Of a stretch of DNA of 64,000 nt, positions 17,905-27,582 are shown one piece after another. The stretch covers positions 1-64,000 of the forward strand of contig JBBRNJ010000043.1 of assembly GCA_038230375.1 (NCBI GenBank), in the 5' to 3' direction. Origin of the DNA: Polyangiales bacterium. Its GTDB lineage: Bacteria > Myxococcota_A > Polyangia > Polyangiales > Polyangiaceae. The notes beneath the pieces are model-generated. The model was not told the origin of the DNA, did not search any database, and saw only the letters and a list, made by a program, of their open reading frames with translations. The stretch's first letter is position 1; each line of letters begins with the position of its first letter. A program made the translations under genes and the position numbers.

Positions 17905-18666
17905 TCATCCCCAGGGCCGAAAAAACTCCCGGGGCGCTCGCTTCTTCCGCAGGCACTTCGTCTCCGCGCTCATGTAACAAACCGTGAGCCCCCTCCGCAC
18001 GTTCCCGGTCTCGCTCCGCCCCGACCGATGCCACGCGTGATTGTGAATCAGCAGCACCTCCCCGGCGACAACAGGCAGCGACACGACGTGGTCCTCCGGT
18101 CTCTCCGATTCCAGAAAGTTGTCCGGCACCACACCGCCGAGCTTCGTCACGAGCCCGCGCTTGTGTGACCCCGGCACGATCTCCACGCAGCCCCCGCGCA
18201 AGGGCGCATCGTCCAGCGCGGTCCACACCTGCAGCTTCGGCTCCTGCGACAGGCCCCAGAAGTTGCCGCCGTCCTGGTGCCACGGCAGCGCGCTCCCGCC
18301 CGTCTCCGCCGCCTTGTTGAAGAGCAACGCGCGATACATCTTGATGTCTGTATTATACACGCGTCGCGCGAGCGGCTCGAACATGGGATCGCAGATCCAC
18401 GCGCGGAAGAGCGGGTCCATCTCCAGCTTCTCGACCTTGCGATAGTTGAGTGAAGGACCCTCCCAGCCCTGTCCGTAGCCCAGATCCTCGTAGCGGCCCG
18501 TCGTGGTGTCCTTCTGGAAGAACAACCCTTCGTAGGTGACGCGCCCCATCATGATGTCTTCGGCGCGCTCGCGCAGGCCGCGCATCTGGTCGTCGGGCAG
18601 CACCTTCCCGAGGCGCGCGTAGCCGTGCTCCTCGTAGTGCTGGAGGACGGAGTCGAGATCGTTCAT
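17905..18666 (-). CDS. Phytanoyl-CoA dioxygenase family Fe(II)/2OG dioxygenase
   Basis: WHQD, WTALDD, VPGSH, WHRS. Start ATG 18666 overlaps the AKR stop. Confidence 0.88.
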   Translation of the reverse strand: MNDLDSVLQHYEEHGYARLGKVLPDDQMRGLRERAEDIMMGRVTYEGLFFQKDTTTGRYEDLGYGQGWEGPSLNYRKVEKLEMDPLFRAWICDPMFEPLARRVYNTDIKMYRALLFNKAAETGGSALPWHQDGGNFWGLSQEPKLQVWTALDDAPLRGGCVEIVPGSHKRGLVTKLGGVVPDNFLESERPEDHVVSLPVVAGEVLLIHNHAWHRSGRSETGNVRRGLTVCYMSAETKCLRKKRAPREFFRPWG

Positions 18667-19607
18667 CGGGCGTAGGTGGTCTCGGTCCCCATCCAACGAA
18701 TCCACGCAAGGTCAATCTCCGCGAGCGCGGCGCCGGAGACGCTCTTCTCCACGGCGGAGAGCGCGTCCAGGAGGTGGCTCTTCGTGCCGGGCCCCACGAG
18801 GATGCTGCCGACCTGGGGCTTCTGTGCGAGCCACGCGTAGGACAGCTCGAGGAGTGACAGGCCCGCGGCGCGCGCGATCTCGGAGAGCTCGGTCACGCGC
18901 GTGAACATCGCCTCGTTCGTGTAGCGCCCTTGATAGAGCTTGTTCTTGTCGAAGCGCGAGCCCGCGAACGTGCTGCCGTCCTTCTGGTGGCGCCCCGTGA
19001 GCATGCCGCCGGCGAGCGGGTTGTACACGGTGGTGTGGATGGGAAACGCCTTCACGAATCTCCAGTACTCCACGTCGAGCTGACGAATGAGCACGTTGTA
19101 GAGCTGCTGCGCGATCACGGGCCGCGGCATCTTGCGCGCGTCCGCCAGGTACATCATCTGCAGCATCTGCCACGACGCGAAGTTCGATACGCCCCACGCG
19201 CGGATCTTCTTCTTCTCGAAGAGCTCGGCGATCGCGTCCACGGACTCCTCGAGCGGCGTCGCGTGGTCGGGCACATGCAGGTAGTAGAGGTCCACGTAGT
19301 CCGTGCCCAGACGCGTGAGGCTCTCGTCGATGGCGGCGAGGATCCGCGCGCGTGACAGCCCCTCTGGCTTGCCGACGTTCACGCCAAACCCGACCTTGGT
19401 TGCAATCTGCACGGATTCGCGCCGGGCCTTTGCCGCGCGGCCCACGATGCGCTCGGACTCGCCCTGCACGTACGCGTTCGCCGTGTCCCACAGGCGGACG
19501 CCGCGCTCGAACGCAAGGTCGAGGATCTCGTACGCCTCCTTCTCCGGAGTGCGTTTGCCGAAGTTCATGGTTCCGAGGGCGATCTTCGAGAAGGCTTGTT
19601 CCGGCAT
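18663..19607 (-). CDS. Aldo/keto reductase
   Basis: LGTMNFG, DTANAY..G.SE, IATK, SLTRLGTDYVDLYYLH, GVSNF, YNPLAGG. Confidence 0.93.
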   Translation of the reverse strand: MPEQAFSKIALGTMNFGKRTPEKEAYEILDLAFERGVRLWDTANAYVQGESERIVGRAAKARRESVQIATKVGFGVNVGKPEGLSRARILAAIDESLTRLGTDYVDLYYLHVPDHATPLEESVDAIAELFEKKKIRAWGVSNFASWQMLQMMYLADARKMPRPVIAQQLYNVLIRQLDVEYWRFVKAFPIHTTVYNPLAGGMLTGRHQKDGSTFAGSRFDKNKLYQGRYTNEAMFTRVTELSEIARAAGLSLLELSYAWLAQKPQVGSILVGPGTKSHLLDALSAVEKSVSGAALAEIDLAWIRWMGTETTYAR

Positions 19608-19656
19608 CGCGCGCAACCATAGCAAAGAACGGCCCGCCTCATTTATGCTCGGACCC

Positions 19657-20943
19657 ATGGCAAAGAAACTCGGCATCGTCGTGGGTGGAGGGCCGGCCCC
19701 CGGCATCAACAGCGTCATCGGCGCCGCAACGATTCGCGCGTGCCTCTCCGGCGTCGAGGTCCTCGGCTTGATCGAGGGCTACAAATGGATCATGGCGGGT
19801 GACACCAACCACGTGCAGCCGCTCACCATCTCGGACACGAGCCGCATCCACTTCCGCGGCGGCTCCTTCCTGGGCATCAGCCGCGCGAACCCCACGAAGA
19901 AGCCAGAGACGATGGCGGCGGCGCTCGAGTCGTTGCGCAAGCTCGACATCGGCATGCTCATCAGCATCGGTGGCGACGACACATGCTTCTCCGCGCACAA
20001 GCTCGCAGAGGCCTCCAAGGGTGATATCCGCGTGGTGCACGTGCCGAAGACGATCGACAACGATCTCGATCTCCCGCAGGAGACCTTCACCTTCGGCTTC
20101 CAGACGGCGCGCCACATCGGCGCGGAGATCACCGAAAATCTCATGACCGACGCGAAGACCACCGGTCGCTGGTACTTCGTCATCGCCATGGGGCGCAAGG
20201 CCGGGCACCTCGCGCTCGGCATCGGCAAGGCCGCCGGCGCCACGCTCTCGCTCATCCCGGAGGAGTTCGGCAAGGAGGTGCGCCTTGCCACGCTCGCGGA
20301 CACGCTCGTCGGCGCGATCATCAAGCGCCTCGCGTCGGGTCGCTCCGATGGCGTCGCTGTGCTCGCGGAAGGCCTGGTCGAGATCCTTCCAGAAGAGGAC
20401 ATCCAGGGCCTTGCCGGCGTCGAGCGCGACGAGCACGGACACATCCGCATCGCCGAGGTCGACTTCGGCAACATCATCAAGACCGAGGTCTCGCGCCGCC
20501 TGAAGGAGCTGGGCATCAAGGTCACCATCGTCGCCAAGAACATGGGCTACGAGCTGCGCTGCGCGGATCCCATTCCGTTCGACATGGAATACACGCGCGA
20601 CCTTGGCTACTGCGCCGCGCGCTACGTGATCGAAGGCGGCAGTGAGGCGCTGATCAGCCTGCAAGCAGGCATTTTCAAGCCGATCCCGTTCAAGGAGATC
20701 ATGGACCCGAAGACGGGCCGCATGCGCGTACGCATGGTCGACGTGGCGTCGGACCGCTACAAGATCGCGCGCGGCTACATGCTGTGCCTGAAGAAGGAAG
20801 ACTTCGCGGACCCGCGAGAGCTCACGCGCCTTGCGGCCGCATCTGGTCTCAGCGTGGAGGCGTTCCGCGCGCGCTTCCAGAAGCTGGTCGAGAGCGATCC
20901 CGGCCCCATGAGCGTCCACATGAAGGCGGCGAAGCCCGTCTGA
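19657..20943 (+). CDS. pfp: Pyrophosphate-dependent phosphofructokinase
   Basis: GGGPAPGIN, IGGDDT and PKTIDND (PPi-type signature residues), MGR, GYELRC. Confidence 0.9.
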   Translation: MAKKLGIVVGGGPAPGINSVIGAATIRACLSGVEVLGLIEGYKWIMAGDTNHVQPLTISDTSRIHFRGGSFLGISRANPTKKPETMAAALESLRKLDIGMLISIGGDDTCFSAHKLAEASKGDIRVVHVPKTIDNDLDLPQETFTFGFQTARHIGAEITENLMTDAKTTGRWYFVIAMGRKAGHLALGIGKAAGATLSLIPEEFGKEVRLATLADTLVGAIIKRLASGRSDGVAVLAEGLVEILPEEDIQGLAGVERDEHGHIRIAEVDFGNIIKTEVSRRLKELGIKVTIVAKNMGYELRCADPIPFDMEYTRDLGYCAARYVIEGGSEALISLQAGIFKPIPFKEIMDPKTGRMRVRMVDVASDRYKIARGYMLCLKKEDFADPRELTRLAAASGLSVEAFRARFQKLVESDPGPMSVHMKAAKPV

Positions 20944-20947
20944 CGCG

Positions 20948-23122
20948 CTATTTCTTGAACAGCTTGCCGAACAAGCCGCCGCCGGTGTCGCCCTTGTTCG
21001 GCCCGGCCTTCGGTGCGCTGGTGTTGCGCGGCGGAATCGATCCGCTGCTGGAGCCGGCTGGCTTGTCCTTCCGCATCGCGTAGAGGCGAACCTCGCGCAG
21101 TGCGTCCGTGTTGCGCGGGTTGAGGTCCGACGCCTCCCGGAAATCCTTCACGGCCGCGCTCACGTTGTCCATCTTCTTGTGCAGCATGCCGCGGTAGAAG
21201 TAGGCGCGCTCACAGCGGGCGTTCATCCTGATCGCCTTGTCGAGCATGGCGATGCGGAGGCGGATCTGGTCCTTGTCCTGGACCTTCAGCGCCTCGAGCC
21301 ATGCGAGCAGAGCAAGGTAGTCCGCTTGCTCCGGGTCGGCATCATATGCCCTGCGGCACATGACCTCGGCCTCGGCCATGTTGTTCTTCTTGAGGTAGAA
21401 CTCGGCCTTGCTGAAGTTGGTGGTCGCCTCGAGGATGGCCTGGATCTTCGCCTGATCGTCCGGCGTGGCGCCGCCGTCCTTCAAGAGGCGCATGTAGTCG
21501 TCGCGGCGCTTCGGATCCGTGAGCACCTTGTTGGCTTCGCTGATGTGCGCGAAGATCTTGCTGCACGCGTCCTTCACGTCCTGGACGGGCGCGGGCAGGC
21601 GGTCCGGGTGCCATTCCTTCGCCGCGACGATATACGCCTTCTGGATCTCTTCGGGCTTCGCATCGCTCTTCACGCCGAGCATCTCGAAGAAGTTCTGGCT
21701 GCTGATCATCTCCGCGCGGTCCGTCATCTTCTTGCGAAGAGCGTCGTACTCGGCCTTCTTCTGCGGGGTGAGCCCGGCGTTGGCGGCCGCCATGTGGGCG
21801 GACGATGGAGACGACGAAGGCGCGGTGGGGAGCCGTCCCGTGCTTCCCGCGCCGCTCGGCATGTTGCCCGTGTTGTTCGCCGAGGTGGGAAGCCTGGGGG
21901 CGCTCTGCGTCGCGAAGGGCATGCCCGGCGTGGGCGCAAACGTGCGCTGTGACGCTGGCGCGGCCTCGATGCGGTTCGCGGATGCGGGTGACTGCGGAAC
22001 CTTCTGGCCCATGTTCGGCGGTCGCATCGGCGGCGCGCGGCCGGGGGAGCCAGGGGACGAGCCTGACAAATTGGGCGCGCTCATTCCATCGGGTGGAGTT
22101 GCGAGGCGCGGATCGCGCGGGCTTGTCGCGATCGTCTCGGTCAGGACCGGCGCGGATATCTGCACCGACGATTGCTTGAGCTGCACCTTGGCGATGGCCG
22201 GCGGTCCGCCGGGGTTCGAGGGCAGCGTGCCAGTCCCAGCACCAGGCGCGGAACCAGTCGCGGATGGGGCCGCGCTGGTGGTGGGCTGTGTGTTCGGTTG
22301 GGGCAGCGGCAACGCGCCGGGCTGGCGCGGACGCACGGACGCGGGAGGCGCGTTGGACGGCGTGGGCGGCCGCACGGATGGCGGCATGTCCACGAGCTCG
22401 ACCTGCTTGGTGATGAGCAAGCAGTAGACGAGGAGCTGCGCCGCGGTGGGGCCGATCACCTTCGTCGCGGAGAGCTCGGAGACGCGATGCGGGTGCTGGC
22501 GAAGGAGGTCGAGCGCCGCACGCTCCGCCTTGCCGAACCCGAAGCGATCGGGATTGGCGTGCGCCGCCAGCCTGACCGCGGCGTTGCCGATGCGCGTCAG
22601 CGTCTGGTGCACGTGCTCCCACGGCGGCGAGGTGCGAACCCCGGCCCACATGGCGACGAGCGGATCGATCTGCGGGTAGTCTTCGGCGCCGAACTCCGCG
22701 AGCGAATTGTAGCCGTCGTAGTACGCGAACGCAGTCTCGGCCGGGAGAGAGAACACGTACTCGATCTTGCGCGACAGCTGCGTGCCAAGGCCTTCCATCA
22801 GCTGCTCGCCGGTGATGGTGCCCTGTGCGAGCAGCGCCTGCCCGTAGAGGTCGCCCGAGACCTGGTTCTGCGTGAGCAGGAGCTGATGCTGTTCGTCCGT
22901 GACGAAGCCGAGCTCCACCATGATGTCACCCAGGAACATCACGCCTTCCGTGAGGCGCGCCTTCGCGGGCATGCCATCCGCGAACCAGATGCTCACCGCG
23001 CGACCGTCCGGCACCGTGAGCTCCATGGTGCCGTTGAGCCGCCGGTCCATCGCATACACGAGGAGGTTCGAGAACGGTGTCTTGGTGAAGACGCCTTGAG
23101 CTTGCGGTGCAGGGGGTTCCAT
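20948..23122 (-). CDS. J-domain protein with N-terminal DUF4388-like region, Pro-rich linker and C-terminal TPRs
   Basis: NFFEMLGV...KAY...KEWHPDRL...ISEANKVLTD (HPD motif) and a TPR-like C-terminus. Start re-picked at ATG 23122. Confidence 0.85.
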   Translation of the reverse strand: MEPPAPQAQGVFTKTPFSNLLVYAMDRRLNGTMELTVPDGRAVSIWFADGMPAKARLTEGVMFLGDIMVELGFVTDEQHQLLLTQNQVSGDLYGQALLAQGTITGEQLMEGLGTQLSRKIEYVFSLPAETAFAYYDGYNSLAEFGAEDYPQIDPLVAMWAGVRTSPPWEHVHQTLTRIGNAAVRLAAHANPDRFGFGKAERAALDLLRQHPHRVSELSATKVIGPTAAQLLVYCLLITKQVELVDMPPSVRPPTPSNAPPASVRPRQPGALPLPQPNTQPTTSAAPSATGSAPGAGTGTLPSNPGGPPAIAKVQLKQSSVQISAPVLTETIATSPRDPRLATPPDGMSAPNLSGSSPGSPGRAPPMRPPNMGQKVPQSPASANRIEAAPASQRTFAPTPGMPFATQSAPRLPTSANNTGNMPSGAGSTGRLPTAPSSSPSSAHMAAANAGLTPQKKAEYDALRKKMTDRAEMISSQNFFEMLGVKSDAKPEEIQKAYIVAAKEWHPDRLPAPVQDVKDACSKIFAHISEANKVLTDPKRRDDYMRLLKDGGATPDDQAKIQAILEATTNFSKAEFYLKKNNMAEAEVMCRRAYDADPEQADYLALLAWLEALKVQDKDQIRLRIAMLDKAIRMNARCERAYFYRGMLHKKMDNVSAAVKDFREASDLNPRNTDALREVRLYAMRKDKPAGSSSGSIPPRNTSAPKAGPNKGDTGGGLFGKLFKK

Positions 23123-23215
23123 GACCAACGGAGGGTCTTTGAATGTACACCAGCTCGCGCCGCGGTACACTGGCCCTCTTCCGCATCCTTCCCGTAAGGG
23201 TTGCCCCTTCCAGCC

Positions 23216-26200
23216 ATGGACAAGAATCCCCCTCCGTTTCCCCCTAAAATAGGGGACTTCGATATCGAGGAACGCCTCGGTATGGGGGGGATGGCCGAGG
23301 TGTTCCTGGCCAAGAAGCCAGGCGCCGAAGGGACGCACAAGCTCCTCGTCGTCAAGCGCATCCTGCCGGGCTTCGTCACCTCGCGCCGCTTCAAGACCAT
23401 GTTCATCGAGGAGGCGCAGCTCGCCACCCGCCTCAACCACCCGAACATCGTCCAGGTCTACGAGTTCTTCGACGCCAACGAGGACGGCCACATCCTCGCG
23501 ATGGAGTACGTGGAGGGCTGCGACCTTGGCCGCCTGATGAGCGCGGCGAAGGAGCGAGGCACCCGCATCCCGCCGTGGATCAGCGCGTTCGTGATCGCGG
23601 AGGCAGCGAAGGGCCTCCACTACGCGCACGAGAAGAAGGACGATCGCGGGCAGCCTCTCGACATCGTGCACCGTGACGTGTCGCCGCAGAACATCCTTCT
23701 GTCGTTCGAAGGCATCATCAAGATCGCCGACTTCGGCGTGGCGAGCGCGCGCCTCTTCCAGGAAGAGGTCGGCGTCCTCAAGGGCAAGTACGGGTACATG
23801 TCGCCGGAGCAGGCCCGCGGCGAGAAGGCGGATCGCAGGAGCGATCTCTACTCGCTCGGCGTCATCCTCTGGGAGTGTCTCGCGGGTCGCCCGCTCCATG
23901 GCGGTCTGGGCGGAGAGGCGCTGCTCGACATCGTGCGCTCCGGCAAGGTGGAGCCGCCGTCCACGTACGTCCCGAACCTCCCCGAGGAGCTCGAGACCAT
24001 CGTCATGAAGCTCCTCTCGGCCACGAAGGAGCAGCGCTTCCAGACCGCGCGCGAGTTCGCGTCGACGATCGCGCGACTACTCCTCTCGAAGCAGGAGCTC
24101 ATCGACGCATCCGCGGTGGAGGCGGAGATCGCGGAGCTCATCGAGCGCCGCCACCGCAAGCACCACACACCCGTTCCACAGCCAAGCGTTGTGGTGGGCT
24201 CCGCCGCGCAGACGCAGGCCGCCGCCCCCCTCGCTATCTCCACGTCTCGCAGCGGTGAGACCGGGCCGCCTGACGGGCGCGACGTGGGACCCGCCACGCG
24301 CAGACACGAGCCACGCGAGGTGCGCCACGTGGCCGTCGTCACGCTGCGCCTGGCCGCGGTCGAGGAGATCGGCGACAAGGGGCCGCGCCTTGCACGCGCG
24401 CTCGAGGGCCTGCGCTCCATGCTCGGCGAGATGGCCTACAAACGCGGCATGCGGTGGGTGTGGACCGCCGACAAGGAGGCACGCGCGATCGCCGGCCTCA
24501 CGAGCAAGCCGTCGCGCGCAGCGGGTGATGCCGCGTGGCTTGCGCTGGACACGCACGAGGCGCTTGCAGGCATGGTCGAGGATCTCCCCGTACCGCTCGC
24601 TGCGGCGATCAGCATCGTGCGCGGCATCGCGTCCGGCTCGCGCGACCCCGAAGGAAACCTTGTAAAGTACATCCTTCACGATCCGGTGACGTACCTGGCC
24701 GACGTGCTGTCCGTGAGCACGCCGCTGGGGAAGACGTGGGTCGCGGGCGGCGTGTATCGCCTGGTCCGTCGCGAGTTCCGGTGGGGTGATGCGCCCACGC
24801 TGGCCCTGCGCGAGGACGCGAACATCACCAACCTGCCGCCGAACATCCGCATCTACGAGCTGGAGCGGAGCCTCACGCGTGAGGAGAAGGAGCTCGCGGC
24901 CGCGCCGAACGATCTCATCGGCCGCGACGCGGACAAGGCGGAGCTGCACGCGGCCTACCACACGTCGGTCAGTGCGCTTGGTGGCGGTCAGGTCACGTGT
25001 CGCGCGGTCAGCGGCGAGCTCGGAATCGGCAAGACCGCGCTCGTTGCGACGTTCCTCTCCGAGCTCCCGCCGAACGCACGGCTCGTCCGCGTGGAATGCT
25101 CGCCCGTACGACAAGAGGTCCCGTTCACGGCGCTCGCGGAGCTCGTGCGTGACGCCATCGGCGCGACCGGCGAAGAGCCGTTCATGGAGGTCGTGCAGCG
25201 CATCGCACAGGCTGGCGGCGGCGCAGCGCAGGGTGACGAGACGAACCCGATGGTCGCGCGCCTTGCGGAGCTCGCCACGAACCGCCAGCAGCGCCAACGC
25301 GACGACGAGGACGCGCACTACCAGCGCAAGCTGATCGTCAACGGTGTGAGGCAGCTCCTGTGCGCGCTCGCGCTGGTGCAGCCGCTGGTCGTCGTGGTCG
25401 AGGGCCTCCACTGGTCAGACAAGCCAAGCCTTGACGTCCTCACCGAGCTGTCGCGAGGCGCCGACCCGTTCCCGATCCTGTTCGTGTTCGTCACACGTGC
25501 GGACGAGCGCACCGCGCCGATCCTCGAGGGCAAGGTCCGCATCGAGCTCACGGGTCTCTCCACGGACGAGCAGATCCGTCTGGTGGAGACGCGCCTTGGC
25601 GTACGCGAGGGCGCGCGGGCCATCTGCGCAGAGCTCCTGCCGCGCGTGGGAGGAAACCCGTTCTACCTGCTCGAGATGATCGACGCTCTTCTGGAGCGCG
25701 GCACGCTGGAGATCCAGAACGACGCGCTCGTGCGCCGCACGGACCAGGAGATCACGGAGCTCCCGTCCACGCTCGAGCAGCTGCTCGCGGACCGCATCGC
25801 GGAGCTTCCGCTCCAGGAGAAGGCGATCACCGACTGGCTCGCGATCGCCGGCGGGCCGCTTTCCATCGCGGATCTCGGGAAGCTCTCCCACTCCAAGGAC
25901 GACGAGGTCGTCGCACGGCTATCCGCGCGCGGCCTCTGCGATCGCAAGGGCGACGTGCTCGACTTCCGTCATCCGCTCACCCGCGACGTGGCGTACGCCT
26001 CGCTCGATGCACGCGAGCGCGTGCGCATGCATCGCGAGCTCGGCGAGCTGCTCGCGCAGTCCTCTCTTGCGCGCGGTCTCTCCGCGGCGATCGTCGCGCG
26101 GCACCTTGCACGTGGTGAGGCGGGCGAGCTGGCTGCGACCTACTACATGGAAGCCGCGAACGCCGCGCGCAACGGGTACCAGACGCAGCTCGCCATTCGC

Positions 26201-27574
26201 TACTACCAGCGCGCGCTGGCGCACATGCGCAGCCGCGATCCGCGCCGGCTCGAGGTGCACGACGCGCTCGAGAACACGTTCCGTACGCTGGGTCGGCGTC
26301 GTGAACGCGTGAAGCATCTCACCGCGCTACGCAGCGTGGTCCGTGCAATGCCGGGCGCCCGTGCGTCGTGCCTTGCGCTCCTGCGAACGGGCCGCTTCTA
26401 CCTGGACGAAGGCCGGTTGCAGAAGGGCCTACCCGTGGCGAAGCAGGCCGCGAACATGGCGCACACGGCGCAGGCCGCACAGCTCGAGATCGAAGCCGAG
26501 TCCATGGTGAGCGAGTTCCTGCGTGAGCTGGGCGACGTGCAGGGCGCGCTGGCCGCATGCGATCGCGCGCTCGCAGCATGCAACCCGAAGGTGAACCCGA
26601 ACGTGCCCATGCGCGTGCGTGCGGATGTCCTTCGCTCGCGCGGTGTGCTCCTGCGTCGCGTGGGTCGCGTGCGCGAGGCGATGGATTCGTACATCGACGC
26701 GATCGCCGTCTTCCGTCGCGTGGGTGCGCGTCGTCAGGAGGCACGCGCGAAGAACGCGCTTGCCTACGCCATGTTCGTGCAAGGACGGTATGAGGACGCG
26801 ATCGGCCTGGCGCTCGAGTCCATCCAGATCGACCTCTCCATCGGCGGACGCTTCCAGCTCGCCAAGACGCTCACCAACATCGGCCATGCGTACTCTCGCC
26901 TGGGCGACCAGGAGCGCGCCATCGCCTACCTCGAACGCGCGCGCCAGACGCACGAGCGATACGGCGATCAGGACGGTCACGCGGACACGCTGGTCGTGAA
27001 CGCGGAGGTGTTCATGGAGCTCGGTCGCCTGGACGAGGCCGACGCGCTTCTTGCGAACGCGCGCGCGCTGACAGATGCCACCACCAACGCGTACGACATC
27101 ACGCACGTGAACGTGGTGTCCGCGGCGCTTGCGCGGCTGCGACGGGATCCGAAGGCGGCCATCCAGCTCGCCCTCGTGGCGCGTCGTGCGGCCGAGCACC
27201 AGGCGCTCGTCGCGTATCACTTCTATGCGTTCGCGATCGAGGCGGCGGCGCGCGTGGACGCGGGCGAGGTCCACTCGGCCACGCTCCTTGCGACCACGGC
27301 CCTTGGCGCAGTCGAGAACCTCCAGGGCTGCGAGTACGGGCTGGAGATCCGCGTGCTCTGCGCCGATGCACTGAAGCGCGCGGCCTCGCCCCAGGCGCCG
27401 CAGGCCCGCCAGCGCGCCGTCGACTACGCGATCTCCCTCTCGAACTCCGTGCACGAGGCGCGGTTCAAGAAGAAGTTCCTGGAGCGTCCTCTGGTCCTGG
27501 CGTTGTTCGACAACACGCCTGCGCCCGGGGTCGCAAACGACGAATCAGCGCGTGTACTGGGTGGGGCGGAGTGA
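23216..27574 (+). CDS. Ser/Thr kinase fused to a degenerate cyclase-like region, AAA/STAND-type ATPase and TPR array
   Basis: LGMGGMAEV, HRDVSPQN, DFG, YMSPEQ; Walker A GELGIGKT; VVEGLHWSD; GGNPFYL; FRHPL; many C-terminal TPRs. Confidence 0.9.
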   Translation: MDKNPPPFPPKIGDFDIEERLGMGGMAEVFLAKKPGAEGTHKLLVVKRILPGFVTSRRFKTMFIEEAQLATRLNHPNIVQVYEFFDANEDGHILAMEYVEGCDLGRLMSAAKERGTRIPPWISAFVIAEAAKGLHYAHEKKDDRGQPLDIVHRDVSPQNILLSFEGIIKIADFGVASARLFQEEVGVLKGKYGYMSPEQARGEKADRRSDLYSLGVILWECLAGRPLHGGLGGEALLDIVRSGKVEPPSTYVPNLPEELETIVMKLLSATKEQRFQTAREFASTIARLLLSKQELIDASAVEAEIAELIERRHRKHHTPVPQPSVVVGSAAQTQAAAPLAISTSRSGETGPPDGRDVGPATRRHEPREVRHVAVVTLRLAAVEEIGDKGPRLARALEGLRSMLGEMAYKRGMRWVWTADKEARAIAGLTSKPSRAAGDAAWLALDTHEALAGMVEDLPVPLAAAISIVRGIASGSRDPEGNLVKYILHDPVTYLADVLSVSTPLGKTWVAGGVYRLVRREFRWGDAPTLALREDANITNLPPNIRIYELERSLTREEKELAAAPNDLIGRDADKAELHAAYHTSVSALGGGQVTCRAVSGELGIGKTALVATFLSELPPNARLVRVECSPVRQEVPFTALAELVRDAIGATGEEPFMEVVQRIAQAGGGAAQGDETNPMVARLAELATNRQQRQRDDEDAHYQRKLIVNGVRQLLCALALVQPLVVVVEGLHWSDKPSLDVLTELSRGADPFPILFVFVTRADERTAPILEGKVRIELTGLSTDEQIRLVETRLGVREGARAICAELLPRVGGNPFYLLEMIDALLERGTLEIQNDALVRRTDQEITELPSTLEQLLADRIAELPLQEKAITDWLAIAGGPLSIADLGKLSHSKDDEVVARLSARGLCDRKGDVLDFRHPLTRDVAYASLDARERVRMHRELGELLAQSSLARGLSAAIVARHLARGEAGELAATYYMEAANAARNGYQTQLAIRYYQRALAHMRSRDPRRLEVHDALENTFRTLGRRRERVKHLTALRSVVRAMPGARASCLALLRTGRFYLDEGRLQKGLPVAKQAANMAHTAQAAQLEIEAESMVSEFLRELGDVQGALAACDRALAACNPKVNPNVPMRVRADVLRSRGVLLRRVGRVREAMDSYIDAIAVFRRVGARRQEARAKNALAYAMFVQGRYEDAIGLALESIQIDLSIGGRFQLAKTLTNIGHAYSRLGDQERAIAYLERARQTHERYGDQDGHADTLVVNAEVFMELGRLDEADALLANARALTDATTNAYDITHVNVVSAALARLRRDPKAAIQLALVARRAAEHQALVAYHFYAFAIEAAARVDAGEVHSATLLATTALGAVENLQGCEYGLEIRVLCADALKRAASPQAPQARQRAVDYAISLSNSVHEARFKKKFLERPLVLALFDNTPAPGVANDESARVLGGAE

Positions 27575-27582
27575 CGGTATAG

